From an uncultured Thermodesulfobacteriota bacterium (lineage in GTDB: Bacteria > Desulfobacterota > Desulfarculia > G963662305), in assembly GCA_964634465.1 (NCBI GenBank), contig CAZWLY010000004.1, forward strand, positions 160,683-224,682: DNA of 64,000 nt. Direction: 5' to 3'. Below, piece after piece: positions 7,946-16,785 of the stretch. Position 1 is the first letter of the stretch. Each line of letters opens with the position of its first letter. Below the pieces are notes generated by a model that had not been told where the DNA came from, made no database searches, and worked only from the letters and a program-made list of their open reading frames with translations. The position numbers were made by a program, and so were the translations under genes.

Positions 7946-9682
7946 ATGCTCTGCTGTCACATCACCCACGAGGCCTCGCGCAAGTTCGGCGGCATCGGCG
8001 CCGTCCTGGCCGGGCTGATCGCATCCTCGGCCTACACCGAGGCATTCGACAAGACCCTTGTCTACGGGCCGCTGTTCGACCGAACAGGCCCGGTCGGCTC
8101 CCGGATCGAGGCCGGCGGCGAGGTGGTCTACTCCGGCCCGGACGGTTTCGACGACGGCGGCCTGGCCGACCTCTTTCGTCCCATTGAACGGCGCCACGGC
8201 GTCGGTCTGGTCTACGGCCGGCGGCTGATGGTCGATGAACTGGCGCCGGAACGCTCCCGTGAGGTGGACGTCGTCCTCATCGACGTGACGACCATGCCGG
8301 CCGAGAAGGCCGATCTTTTGAAGTACGGTCTGTGGGAGAACTTCGGCCTCGAGTCGGACCGCTACCCGGACTGGGACTACGAGCAGTACATTCGCCTGGC
8401 CGGCCCCTACCTGGACGTCGTCGAGGCCCTCTACCCCCAGGAGAGGGGCGCCGTCCACCTGGCCCACGAGTACATGGGCCTGCCCTCGGCCCTGACGGTC
8501 GTCTCGGCCCAGCGGGCCGGGCGGCGGACGGCGGACAAGACCTTCTTCTACGCCCACGAGGTCGCTCCGGCCCGGGCCATCGTCGAGAATCTGCCCGGCC
8601 ACGAGATCGCCTTCGACAACCTCCTCCGGCTGGGTCTGAAGGAGGGCCGGGTCTTGGAGGACGATTTCGGCTCCCAGGCCCACAACTATCGCTCCGAGCT
8701 GGTCAAACGGGCCGAGCATCTGACCGGCGTTCTGGCCGTCAGCGACAACATCCGGGACCAGTTGCTCTATTTTTACCCGGCCATCGGGGCCGATAGAATC
8801 CATGTCGTCTACAACGGCGTCGGCTTCGGGTCGATCGGCTTCGAGGACAAGATGAAAGACCGGGAGCTGATCAAGGATTACTGCGAGACGCTTTTCAACT
8901 ACCGGCCGGAGATCATCATCAGCCACGTCACCAGGCTGATCGTCAGCAAGGGTCTGTGGCGCGACGTCGCCTTCCTCTACCGCCTCGATGAACACCTGGC
9001 CCGGGCCGGGGTCAAGGGCTTCTACATCCTGGTCTCCAGCCTGATCGCCTCGGGCCGTCCCCACGACGAGATCAGGCGCATGGAGGCCGAGTACGGCTGG
9101 CCGGTCTTCCATCGCCGCGGCTGGCCGGACCTGGAGGGGGCCGAGGCGGACATCTACGAGTTTCTGACCCTGTTCAACGCCCGCTCCAGGGCGGTCAAGG
9201 GCGTCTTTCTCAACCAGTTCGGCTTCTCGAACGAGGCGGCCGGCAGCCGGGTGCCGGCCGGAGCCGACACCCTGACCCTGCGTTCGGCCAGCGACATGGA
9301 ACTGGGGCTGTCCACCTACGAGCCCTTTGGCATCGCCCAGTTGGAGACCTATCCCTTTGGCGGCGTGCCGGTCTTGAGCCGGGCCTGCGGCTGTTCGTTT
9401 CTTCTGGACGCCGCCGCGCCGAAGGATACCCACCTGGTAATCGATTTCGCCGCCCCGCCGGCCGAAATGGGGCTCGACGTCGATGACGCGAAGGCGCTCA
9501 AGAACATGTCGGCCGATACGCGCCGGCTTGTGGAGGAGGCGGTCATCGACCGCCGGGCGGCCGAAGCGTTCAAGCTCGTCTGGCCCGAACGGCGACGGGA
9601 GCTCTTCAATACCATGCGGGCCGCGGCCGCCGATCTGGGTTGGGAGGCCATCGGCCGGCGGGTGGTGGCGGCCATCGGCTGA
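7946..9682 (+). CDS. GT3-family (eukaryote-type) glycogen synthase-like glycosyltransferase
   Basis: N-terminal HITHEASRKFGGIGAVL resembles the FEVAWEVANKVGGIYTV motif of GT3 glycogen synthases. The C-terminal LSTYEPFGIAQLETYPFGGVPVLS aligns with the yeast Gsy2 segment [23 protein letters not shown]. 578 aa. Confidence 0.5.
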   Translation: MLCCHITHEASRKFGGIGAVLAGLIASSAYTEAFDKTLVYGPLFDRTGPVGSRIEAGGEVVYSGPDGFDDGGLADLFRPIERRHGVGLVYGRRLMVDELAPERSREVDVVLIDVTTMPAEKADLLKYGLWENFGLESDRYPDWDYEQYIRLAGPYLDVVEALYPQERGAVHLAHEYMGLPSALTVVSAQRAGRRTADKTFFYAHEVAPARAIVENLPGHEIAFDNLLRLGLKEGRVLEDDFGSQAHNYRSELVKRAEHLTGVLAVSDNIRDQLLYFYPAIGADRIHVVYNGVGFGSIGFEDKMKDRELIKDYCETLFNYRPEIIISHVTRLIVSKGLWRDVAFLYRLDEHLARAGVKGFYILVSSLIASGRPHDEIRRMEAEYGWPVFHRRGWPDLEGAEADIYEFLTLFNARSRAVKGVFLNQFGFSNEAAGSRVPAGADTLTLRSASDMELGLSTYEPFGIAQLETYPFGGVPVLSRACGCSFLLDAAAPKDTHLVIDFAAPPAEMGLDVDDAKALKNMSADTRRLVEEAVIDRRAAEAFKLVWPERRRELFNTMRAAAADLGWEAIGRRVVAAIG

Positions 9683-9728
9683 TCGGCCGCCGGGGCCGGC
9701 CCCGTCAGCCTGATCCAAACAACTTTTT

Positions 9729-10787
9729 TCAGGTCAAGACCCGGATCCGACCCTTGGGCTCGGCCTCCACCCGGCCGATGATCGACGCCTCGACCCCCCG
9801 GCCGGCCAGATCGGCCATCAGTCCCTCCGTCCGCTCCTCGGGTGCGGCCATCAGCAGGCCGCCCGAGGTCTGGGCGTCGGCCAGCACGCCGAGGATGAAT
9901 GGATCGACGCCTTCGGCGACGTCCACCGCCTTGGCGCAAAAGGCCTGGTTGGCGTGGCTGCCGGCCGGCGTCATCCCCATCCGGGCCAGGCCGAGAACCT
10001 CCTCCAGAATCGGCGTCCTGGCCGCCTCGATTATCAGGCCCACTCCCGAGGCCTGGGCCATCTCCAGGCCGTGGCCCAGGAGCCCGAAGCCGGTGATGTC
10101 GGTCGCCGCCCTGACCCCGGCCGCGATCATGGCCTCGGCCGCCCGGTCGTTGAGGTCGGCCATGACCTCGATCATCCGTCGCTCCAAATCGGGCGAGCCC
10201 AACCGGCCCTTGAGCGCCGTGGCCAGGATGCCCAGCCCCAGCGGCTTGGTCAGGATCAAGACTTGGCCGGGGCGGGCGGCGGCGTTGGTGACGACCCGGT
10301 CGGGGTGGACCAGGCCGGTGACCGACAGCCCGTACTTGATCTCGGGATCATCCACCGAATGCCCGCCGACCAAGAGCGCCCCGGCCTCCCGGATCTTGTC
10401 CAGACCGCCCTTGAGTATCTCCAGCAGGACGCCCTTGTCCATGTTCTTGGCCGGGAAGCAGACGATGTTCATCGCCGTCAGGGGCTTGCCGCCCATGGCG
10501 TAGACGTCGGACAGGGCGTTGGCGGCCGCGATCTGGCCGAAGGCGTAGGGGTCGTTGACGAGAGGGGTGAAGAAATCGACCGTCTGGATCAGGGCCGTGT
10601 CCTCGTTGAGTTTGATGACCCCGGCGTCGTCAGAGCTCTCCCGTCCGACCAGCAGACGGGGGTCGGCGTCGAGCGGCAGGCGGTCCAAAACTTCGGCCAG
10701 GTCCCCCGGCCCCAGTTTGGCCGCTCAACCGGCCGCGGTCACCGTCTCGGCCAGACGGGGAGGATCCTTGATTCGATCGGCGCTCAC
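9729..10787 (-). CDS. selD: Selenide,water dikinase SelD, a selenoprotein with in-frame UGA (Sec) at 10725..10727
   Basis: The track ORF 9729..10688 matches SelD (DFFTPLVNDPYAFGQIAAANALSDVYAMGGKP). Reading through the TGA at 10727..10725 (minus strand) continues in frame to a GTG at 10787 preceded by GGAG. This encodes VSADRIKDPPRLAETVTAAG-U-AAKLGPGDLAEVLDRLPLD, aligning to E. coli SelD ([24 protein letters not shown]) with Sec at the Cys17 position. Confidence 0.8.
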
Positions 10788-10872
10788 GTCTTCTCGCTCC
10801 TTACGTTCTCGGCTTCCAACAACTCGGCCAGTTTCCGCCCGCCGGGAGTCAGGCTCCGGCCGACGCGTTTGA

Positions 10873-11691
10873 TCAGGAAGAAGTCGCGTTGATGTTAAGC
10901 CCCTCCACCTCGAGCTGGACCAGGCGGCCCGAGCGGACGTCGTCGCCCACGGCCAGGCTGGAGAGGATCGACGCCCCCAGTCCGGCCAGGATGGCCTGGC
11001 GGACGGCCTGGGTCGAACCCAGCTCGGCGACGACGTTGAGGTCGGCCAGCGACACGCCCAGCCTGTCCAAAGCCTGGGCGGTCACCATCCGGGTCCCGGA
11101 GCCGGCCTCGCGCAACAGAAAAGGCAGGTCGGTCAAACCGGCCGGCTTCAGTCTCGGCCCGCCGGCCGGCTTCAGATCGGGCGGGGCGACCAGGATCAGC
11201 TCGTCCTGGCAGCAGGCGGCGTACTTCAGTTTGGGGTCGTCCAGCCTGGCCCCGATGACGCCCATCTCCAGCTCGCCGGCGGCGACCTTGAGGGCGATGG
11301 AGCGGGTGTCGGCCACGGTCAGCCGGACGATCAGCTCGGGATAGAGGGAGCGCATCTGGGCCAGGTAGGCCGGCAGAAGGTAGTGGCCGGGGATGGTCGA
11401 GCCGCCCACGGACAGCTCGCCCTTGACCTGCTCCGAGGCCTCGGCCACCGCCTCCAAGGCCTCGTCGCGCAGGGCGATGAGCTTCAAGGCGTACTCGTGG
11501 AGGACCTCAGCCTGACGGGTGGGGGCCACGCCCCGCCCCAGCCGGTCGAAGAGCCGGACGCCGAGTTCGTCCTCCAGGGCCTTGATGTGGCCGCTGACCG
11601 TCGGCTGGGACAGGTAGACCGCCTCGGCCGCCCGAGACAGCGAGCCCATCTCGTAGACTTTGGCGAAGACCTGGAGGCGATGAAGGTCCAT
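10873..11691 (-). CDS. LysR-family transcriptional regulator
   Basis: N-terminal HTH LHRLQVFAKVYEMGSLSRAAEAVYLSQPTVSGHIKALEDELGVRLFDR and LysR substrate-binding domain topology. Contains an in-frame 24-bp tandem duplication at 11138..11185. Confidence 0.85.
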   Translation of the reverse strand: MDLHRLQVFAKVYEMGSLSRAAEAVYLSQPTVSGHIKALEDELGVRLFDRLGRGVAPTRQAEVLHEYALKLIALRDEALEAVAEASEQVKGELSVGGSTIPGHYLLPAYLAQMRSLYPELIVRLTVADTRSIALKVAAGELEMGVIGARLDDPKLKYAACCQDELILVAPPDLKPAGGPRLKPAGLTDLPFLLREAGSGTRMVTAQALDRLGVSLADLNVVAELGSTQAVRQAILAGLGASILSSLAVGDDVRSGRLVQLEVEGLNINATSS

Positions 11692-11975
11692 TTAGACGTC
11701 ACCTATCTGGTTCATAGATGAAACCTATTATAAAGGACGGGTCGGGGAAGGCAAGGCAAGATAGAGACCGGAACCTTGTTGCGGCCTCCGGTGTGGTTTT
11801 TTGTTTACTTTTGGCTTGACAACCGGCTACCCGAGGAGTAGTTGCTACGCTTCTTCGAGCGGTCGTTTTGGTTCTCGGCCGGCCTTCCCAGGGCTAAAAC
11901 GATGGGTGTTTCACCTTTGTCGGACCCCATTCTTGGGATAGAATCTCTCAAGGGTTCCAATCGGGAGATCGGGCT

Positions 11976-14009
11976 ATGGGCGGCGTCTTTCTGCGGGCGG
12001 CCTACCACCACGAGTGGCTTCTGACCAACGGCCGGGGCGGCTACGCCCTGGGCTTCGGCAACTTCTTGAACGAGCGCAAGTACAATGGCTTGCTCGTCGC
12101 CGGGCTCGACGGCTTCAAGCGGGTCCACGTCCTGGCCTCGCTGGAGGAGGCGGTCGAGTGGCGTGGAGCCAGGTTCCACCTCGACGCCAACCACTACCCG
12201 GACACCATCCATCCCCAGGGTTACCGCCACATCGTCAAGTCCTGGCCCCGGCCCTACCCGAGCGCGCTCTACTCGGCCGACCCGGTCAATCCCGATTTTC
12301 TGATCCTCAAGGAGCTGTTCATGATCGCCGGGGTGAACGCGGTCGTGGTCAAGTACACTAACCTGGGCGCGTTCCCGATCAACTTCACCATCCGGCCCAA
12401 GCTGACCCTGCGCGACCACCACACCGTGAGCCGGCCCGGCCGCTGGGAGGCCGAGGAGGTGGAGATCGAGTTCCACGGCGACTCGTTCTCGGTCTACAAG
12501 CCGGGGCTCGAAGACGAGGTCTGGGGCTATACCGAGTCCGGCGGCATGGCCGATAACCGGATCGTTTTCAGAAACGTCTTCTACCCCCTGGAGGCGGCCC
12601 GGGGCTACGAGGCCGTGGAGGACCTGCTCTCCCCGGCCGACATCCACTTCCGCCTTACGCCGGGGGCCAGCAACCGGTTGGTCTTCTCCCTGGGGCGGCT
12701 CGAGGAGGCCGTGGTCCGGGCCGAGGCGGCCGAGGCCGACTACCGGCGCCTGCCCCTGCCGGCCGACCATCCGGAGCGACTGAAGGGCCAGCCCGACTGG
12801 CTGTCGCTGATCAGGTTCAACGAGCCGGTCTTTTCCCACGGTGAGTACCGCCGGATCCTGGAGGGAGCCGCGGCCGACTTCTTGACCGAGGGCGACTGCC
12901 TGGCCGGCTACCCCTGGTTCGGGCCGTGGGGCCGGGACAGCCTGATCGCGCTCTCCGGCATTCGGTTGTTGAAAGGCGGCCGCCGGCTGGCGGTGCGCAT
13001 CCTCAAGAAATACGGCCGGGCGATAAGAAACGGCCTCTTGCCCAACACCTTCGGCGAGGGCGGCCAGGGGCTCAACTATCTGTCGGTGGACGCTCCGCTG
13101 TGGTTCGTGCTGCGCTCGTTCGAGATCGCGCCCCGGGACAAGGAGCTTTTCGCCAGGGCGGGTAAGATCGTGCTCAACTACCTGTTCAACCAGGACCTGC
13201 CCTTCTTCGCCGCCGAGGACGGCTTGATCGAGCTGCGCGAAGGGCCCTGGGCGCTGACCTGGATGGACGCCAAAGTCTATGACGAGCCGGTCACGCCGCG
13301 CTTCGGCAAGCCGGTCGAGATCAACGCCCTGTGGTTCAACGCTCTCAACGGCCTCCTCAAGATGGCCGAGGCCCAGGGCTTGAAGGGCGGCGCCAGACTG
13401 GCCGCCCGACCCTACTCGATCTCCTGCCGGGACCTTGAGGACCTGGCCGGGCACGTCAAGCGCGGTCTGGCCGGTTTCGTCGGCGACGATTACCGCGACG
13501 ATTACCTGGCCGATCGGATCGACGCCTCCGGGCCGGTCTTTGAGATCCGGCCCAACGCCGTCATCGCCGCCGGCCTGCCCTTCGAGCCCTGGGCCAGAGA
13601 CGTCCAGGCCATGGTTCTGGAGACGGCCCGGCGCGAGCTTCTGACACCCTTCGGCCTCAGAAGCCTGAACGTCGGTCACCCGGCCTTCAAGAACAAGTAC
13701 CTCGGCGGTCAAAAACAGCGCGACCTGGCCTACCACCAGGGCACGGTGTGGGCCTGGCCTCTGGCCTACCTGGCCCGGCTGCACTTGAGGGTCCACGGCG
13801 ACAAACCGAAGCGGAAGCTGATCAAGGATCTCAGCGCTCTCATCTGGCGCTTCAGGGACGGCTTTCTCAAGGACCAGATCGCCTCGGTGGCCGAGATCTG
13901 GGACGGCCTGGAGCCGACCATTCCCAAGGGCTGTCCGGCCCAGGCTTGGTCGGTGATGGCCGTCCTGGAGATCGAGCACCTGATCGACGGACTGGAGGGC
14001 GGGCGGTGA
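11976..14009 (+). CDS. Amylo-alpha-1,6-glucosidase / glycogen debranching enzyme (GDE C-terminal, GH133-like)
   Basis: N-terminal GDE_N-like region plus TFGEGGQGLNYLSVDAPLWFV and DAKVYDEPVTPRFGKPVEINALWFNAL, characteristic of archaeal/bacterial amylo-1,6-glucosidases. Confidence 0.75.
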   Translation: MGGVFLRAAYHHEWLLTNGRGGYALGFGNFLNERKYNGLLVAGLDGFKRVHVLASLEEAVEWRGARFHLDANHYPDTIHPQGYRHIVKSWPRPYPSALYSADPVNPDFLILKELFMIAGVNAVVVKYTNLGAFPINFTIRPKLTLRDHHTVSRPGRWEAEEVEIEFHGDSFSVYKPGLEDEVWGYTESGGMADNRIVFRNVFYPLEAARGYEAVEDLLSPADIHFRLTPGASNRLVFSLGRLEEAVVRAEAAEADYRRLPLPADHPERLKGQPDWLSLIRFNEPVFSHGEYRRILEGAAADFLTEGDCLAGYPWFGPWGRDSLIALSGIRLLKGGRRLAVRILKKYGRAIRNGLLPNTFGEGGQGLNYLSVDAPLWFVLRSFEIAPRDKELFARAGKIVLNYLFNQDLPFFAAEDGLIELREGPWALTWMDAKVYDEPVTPRFGKPVEINALWFNALNGLLKMAEAQGLKGGARLAARPYSISCRDLEDLAGHVKRGLAGFVGDDYRDDYLADRIDASGPVFEIRPNAVIAAGLPFEPWARDVQAMVLETARRELLTPFGLRSLNVGHPAFKNKYLGGQKQRDLAYHQGTVWAWPLAYLARLHLRVHGDKPKRKLIKDLSALIWRFRDGFLKDQIASVAEIWDGLEPTIPKGCPAQAWSVMAVLEIEHLIDGLEGGR

Positions 14010-15322
14010 GAGTCCTCTTTCTGACCTGGGAGTTTCCCCCGCTGATCTCCGGCGGGCTGGGAACGGCCTGCTACGGCATGGTCCGCTCTTTGCTGGGCCG
14101 GGGGGTCGAGATCGACCTGGTCCTGCCGGCGAGGGAGGAGGTCTACTTCAAGCTCCGCTCGCCCCGGGACGCCGACGAGCTGCCGGTCTCTTTTCTGAGC
14201 GCCTCGGCGGCGGCCAAAGAGGTCGAGCGGACCGCCGAGCTGATCGAGCGGCTGGAACTGGTCGGCGTCAGCGCCATCCCCGAGACCTACCTCTCCCCGG
14301 CGGCCAGTCACCAGGCCCTGTGGACCGAGTTGGCCCGAACGTCCTCGGCCGGCCGAGCCAAGGTCTTCGCCCGGATCGAGAGACAGCTTTTGGGCGGCGA
14401 GAGGCTGTTCAGAAAGGTCCAGGAGATGGCCGACCGGGTCCAGCTCGTCGCCGACAGGCTCGACTTCGACCTCATTCACGCCCACGACTGGCTGACCTAC
14501 CCGGCCGGGCTGGCCCTGGCCGAGCTGTCCGGGAAGCCGCTGGTCGCCCACATCCACGCCACCGAGTTCGACCGGGCCGGCGGCGTCGGCGACGAGCGCA
14601 TCCACCAGATCGAGTACGCCGGCCTGTCCGCCGCCGACACGGTCATCGCCGTGTCGCGCTACACCGCCGAGATGGTCATCAACCGCTACCGGATCTGGCC
14701 GGCCAAGATGCGGGTCGTCCACAACGCCTTCGACCTGCCTCCGGTGAGGCTGGCGGACAAACGCCGGATCTTCAAACACCCGCTGGTCCTCTACCTGGGC
14801 CGGATCACCGTCCAGAAGGGGCCGGACTACTTCCTGGAGGTGGCCCGCCGGGTCCTGAAGCGCCACCCCAAGACCCAGTTCGTCATGGCCGGCGCCGGCG
14901 ACATGATGCGCTCGATCCTTCACCGCTCGGCCTCGATGCGCTTGAGGCAGCGCTTTCTCTTCACCGACTTTCTGAACCGCCGCCAGGTGGAAGAGATCTT
15001 GAAAGCGGCCGACATCTTCATCATGCCCTCGGTCTCCGAGCCCTTCGGCATCGTCCCCCTGGAAGCCATGGCCCACGGCGCGGCGGCCATCATCTCCAAA
15101 CAGTCGGGCGTGGCCGAGGTTTTGACCAACGTCCACAAGGTCGATTTCTGGGACGTGGACCAGATGGTCGATCTGGTCTGCCGGCTCATCGAGGACCCGG
15201 AGGAGAGGCTGGCCCTGGCCCGGGCCGGCCAGGAGGAGGTGTCGCGCATCCAGTGGGACGAGGCGGCCGAGAAGATCGAGGCGGTCTACGCCGAAACCCT
15301 CGAGACGGCCGGGCGGAGGTAG
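14006..15322 (+). CDS. Archaeal-type (GT4/GT5-like) glycogen or alpha-glucan synthase
   Basis: Start GTG at 14006 overlaps the stop of the upstream gene (GTGA). VRVLFLTWEFPPLISGGLGTACYGMVRSLLGRGVEIDLVLP resembles the N-terminus of Pyrococcus-type glycogen synthases. C-terminal GT-B E...FG...E motif: IMPSVSEPFGIVPLEAMAHG. Confidence 0.65.
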   Translation: MRVLFLTWEFPPLISGGLGTACYGMVRSLLGRGVEIDLVLPAREEVYFKLRSPRDADELPVSFLSASAAAKEVERTAELIERLELVGVSAIPETYLSPAASHQALWTELARTSSAGRAKVFARIERQLLGGERLFRKVQEMADRVQLVADRLDFDLIHAHDWLTYPAGLALAELSGKPLVAHIHATEFDRAGGVGDERIHQIEYAGLSAADTVIAVSRYTAEMVINRYRIWPAKMRVVHNAFDLPPVRLADKRRIFKHPLVLYLGRITVQKGPDYFLEVARRVLKRHPKTQFVMAGAGDMMRSILHRSASMRLRQRFLFTDFLNRRQVEEILKAADIFIMPSVSEPFGIVPLEAMAHGAAAIISKQSGVAEVLTNVHKVDFWDVDQMVDLVCRLIEDPEERLALARAGQEEVSRIQWDEAAEKIEAVYAETLETAGRR

Positions 15323-15325
15323 GCG

Positions 15326-16519
15326 GTGCTCAACATCGTCTTCTACTTCCAGGTCCACCAGCCCTATCGACTGCGGCCCTACAGCGTCCTCGACATCGGC
15401 CGGGACCACGACTACTTCGACGAGCGCCTCAACCGGATGGTGGCCGAAAAGGTCGGCCACAGGTGCTATCTGCCGACCAACCGCCTCTTCCTGGAGCTGA
15501 TCGAGCGCTTCGAGGGGAGATTCAAGATCGCCTTTTCGATTACCGGCACCGCCGTGGAGCAGTTCAAACGCTACACGCCCGAGGTGCTCGATTCGTTCAA
15601 GGCCCTGGCCGCCACCGGCTGCGTCGAGTTCCTGGGCGAGACCTATTACCACTCTTTGGCCTTTCTCTTCGACGAGGAGGAATTCCTGGCCCAGGTCAGG
15701 CTGCACAAGGAGTTGATGCAGCGGGAGTTCGGCTTCACGCCGATCGTCTTTCGAAACACCGAGTTGATCTACCAGGACGAGCTGGGCGAGCTGGTGGCCG
15801 ACCTGGCCGGCTTCAAGGTCGTCCTGGCCGAAGGGGCCGACCGGGTGCTCGATTGGCGTTCGCCGCTGTACGCCTACCAGAACTACTCCCGGCGGCTGTT
15901 TTTGCTCTTGAAGTACTACACCCTCTCCGACGACATCGCCTTCCGCTTCTCGGATCGCTCCTGGGCCGAGTGGCCGCTGAGCGTAACCAAGTTCGTCGAT
16001 TGGGTGGCCCGGCTCGGCCTCAATGAGCACCGCGGCCGGAACCTTTTTTTGAACCTGTTCATGGACTACGAGACCTTCGGCGAGCACCAGTGGGCCGAGA
16101 CGGGCATCTTCGAGTTTCTTCGCCGGCTGCCCGGGGAGGTTCTGAAGCAGCCCCACCTCGGCTTCGCCTGGCCCTCGGACGTCCTCGACCTGACCGACTA
16201 CCCGACCGAGGCGCTGTCCGTGCCCCAGCCGGTCTCCTGGGCCGACACCGAGCGCGACCTTTCGGCCTGGATGGAGAACGATCTGCAGCTCAACGCCCTG
16301 GAATCGTTCTATATCCTCCTGGAGACGATCAAAGAGCAGGGCCGGAACGATCTTCTGGAAGAGGCTCGGCGGCTGTCCACCTCGGATCATTTCTATTACA
16401 TGTCGACCAAGTACTTCCAGGACGGCGACGTCCACAAGTACTTCTCGCCCTACGGCGCGCCCGAGGAGGCCTATCTTTATTACATGAACGCCCTGGCCGA
16501 TTTAGAGGAGAGGCTGTAG
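15326..16519 (+). CDS. Glycoside hydrolase family 57 protein (alpha-amylase / 4-alpha-glucanotransferase type)
   Basis: VFYFQVHQPYRL, the hallmark N-terminal GH57 motif, with overall GH57 catalytic-domain composition. Confidence 0.8.
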   Translation: MLNIVFYFQVHQPYRLRPYSVLDIGRDHDYFDERLNRMVAEKVGHRCYLPTNRLFLELIERFEGRFKIAFSITGTAVEQFKRYTPEVLDSFKALAATGCVEFLGETYYHSLAFLFDEEEFLAQVRLHKELMQREFGFTPIVFRNTELIYQDELGELVADLAGFKVVLAEGADRVLDWRSPLYAYQNYSRRLFLLLKYYTLSDDIAFRFSDRSWAEWPLSVTKFVDWVARLGLNEHRGRNLFLNLFMDYETFGEHQWAETGIFEFLRRLPGEVLKQPHLGFAWPSDVLDLTDYPTEALSVPQPVSWADTERDLSAWMENDLQLNALESFYILLETIKEQGRNDLLEEARRLSTSDHFYYMSTKYFQDGDVHKYFSPYGAPEEAYLYYMNALADLEERL

Positions 16520-16726
16520 GATGTACTCTTCCCCGCCACGACCTCGATTCCGGCTCGGCCCGTCGGTCGGGTTTGAGCCTTCTTCACGGCCGCGGCCGAT
16601 ATTCCGGGCGAGGCGCTGCGCCCGCTTGGCGGGCCTCGGCGATCTTGGCCGACCCGTTCCGGTCCGGCCAAGCCGCCGGGTGGGGATTACATGAACGCCC
16701 TGGCCGATCTGGAGGAGAGGCTGTAA
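16480..16726 (+). repeat. 40-bp direct repeat of the GH57 gene 3' end (16480..16519 and 16687..16726), separated by a 167-bp GC-rich spacer
   Basis: ttacatgaacgccctggccgatTTAgaggagaggctgtaG versus ttacatgaacgccctggccgatCTGgaggagaggctgtaA. Both encode YMNALADLEERL* and all three differences are synonymous. The second copy is not attached to any long ORF. Confidence 0.8.
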
Positions 16727-16785
16727 CTTGGGGGTATAATGGGACTGTCCGGAACCGAGCCTGACAGTGTAATCAGGGAGAAACG

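Noticed and set aside
7133-9718. 861-aa minus-strand ORF
   Set aside because: Antisense to the GT3-like synthase and PH-domain genes. Gly/Arg/Pro-rich with no motifs.
11805-16435. Long minus-strand ORFs 11805..13979 (724 aa) and 13766..16435 (889 aa)
   Set aside because: Antisense to the debranching enzyme, glycogen synthase and GH57 genes, which have strong family signatures. Low-complexity translations.
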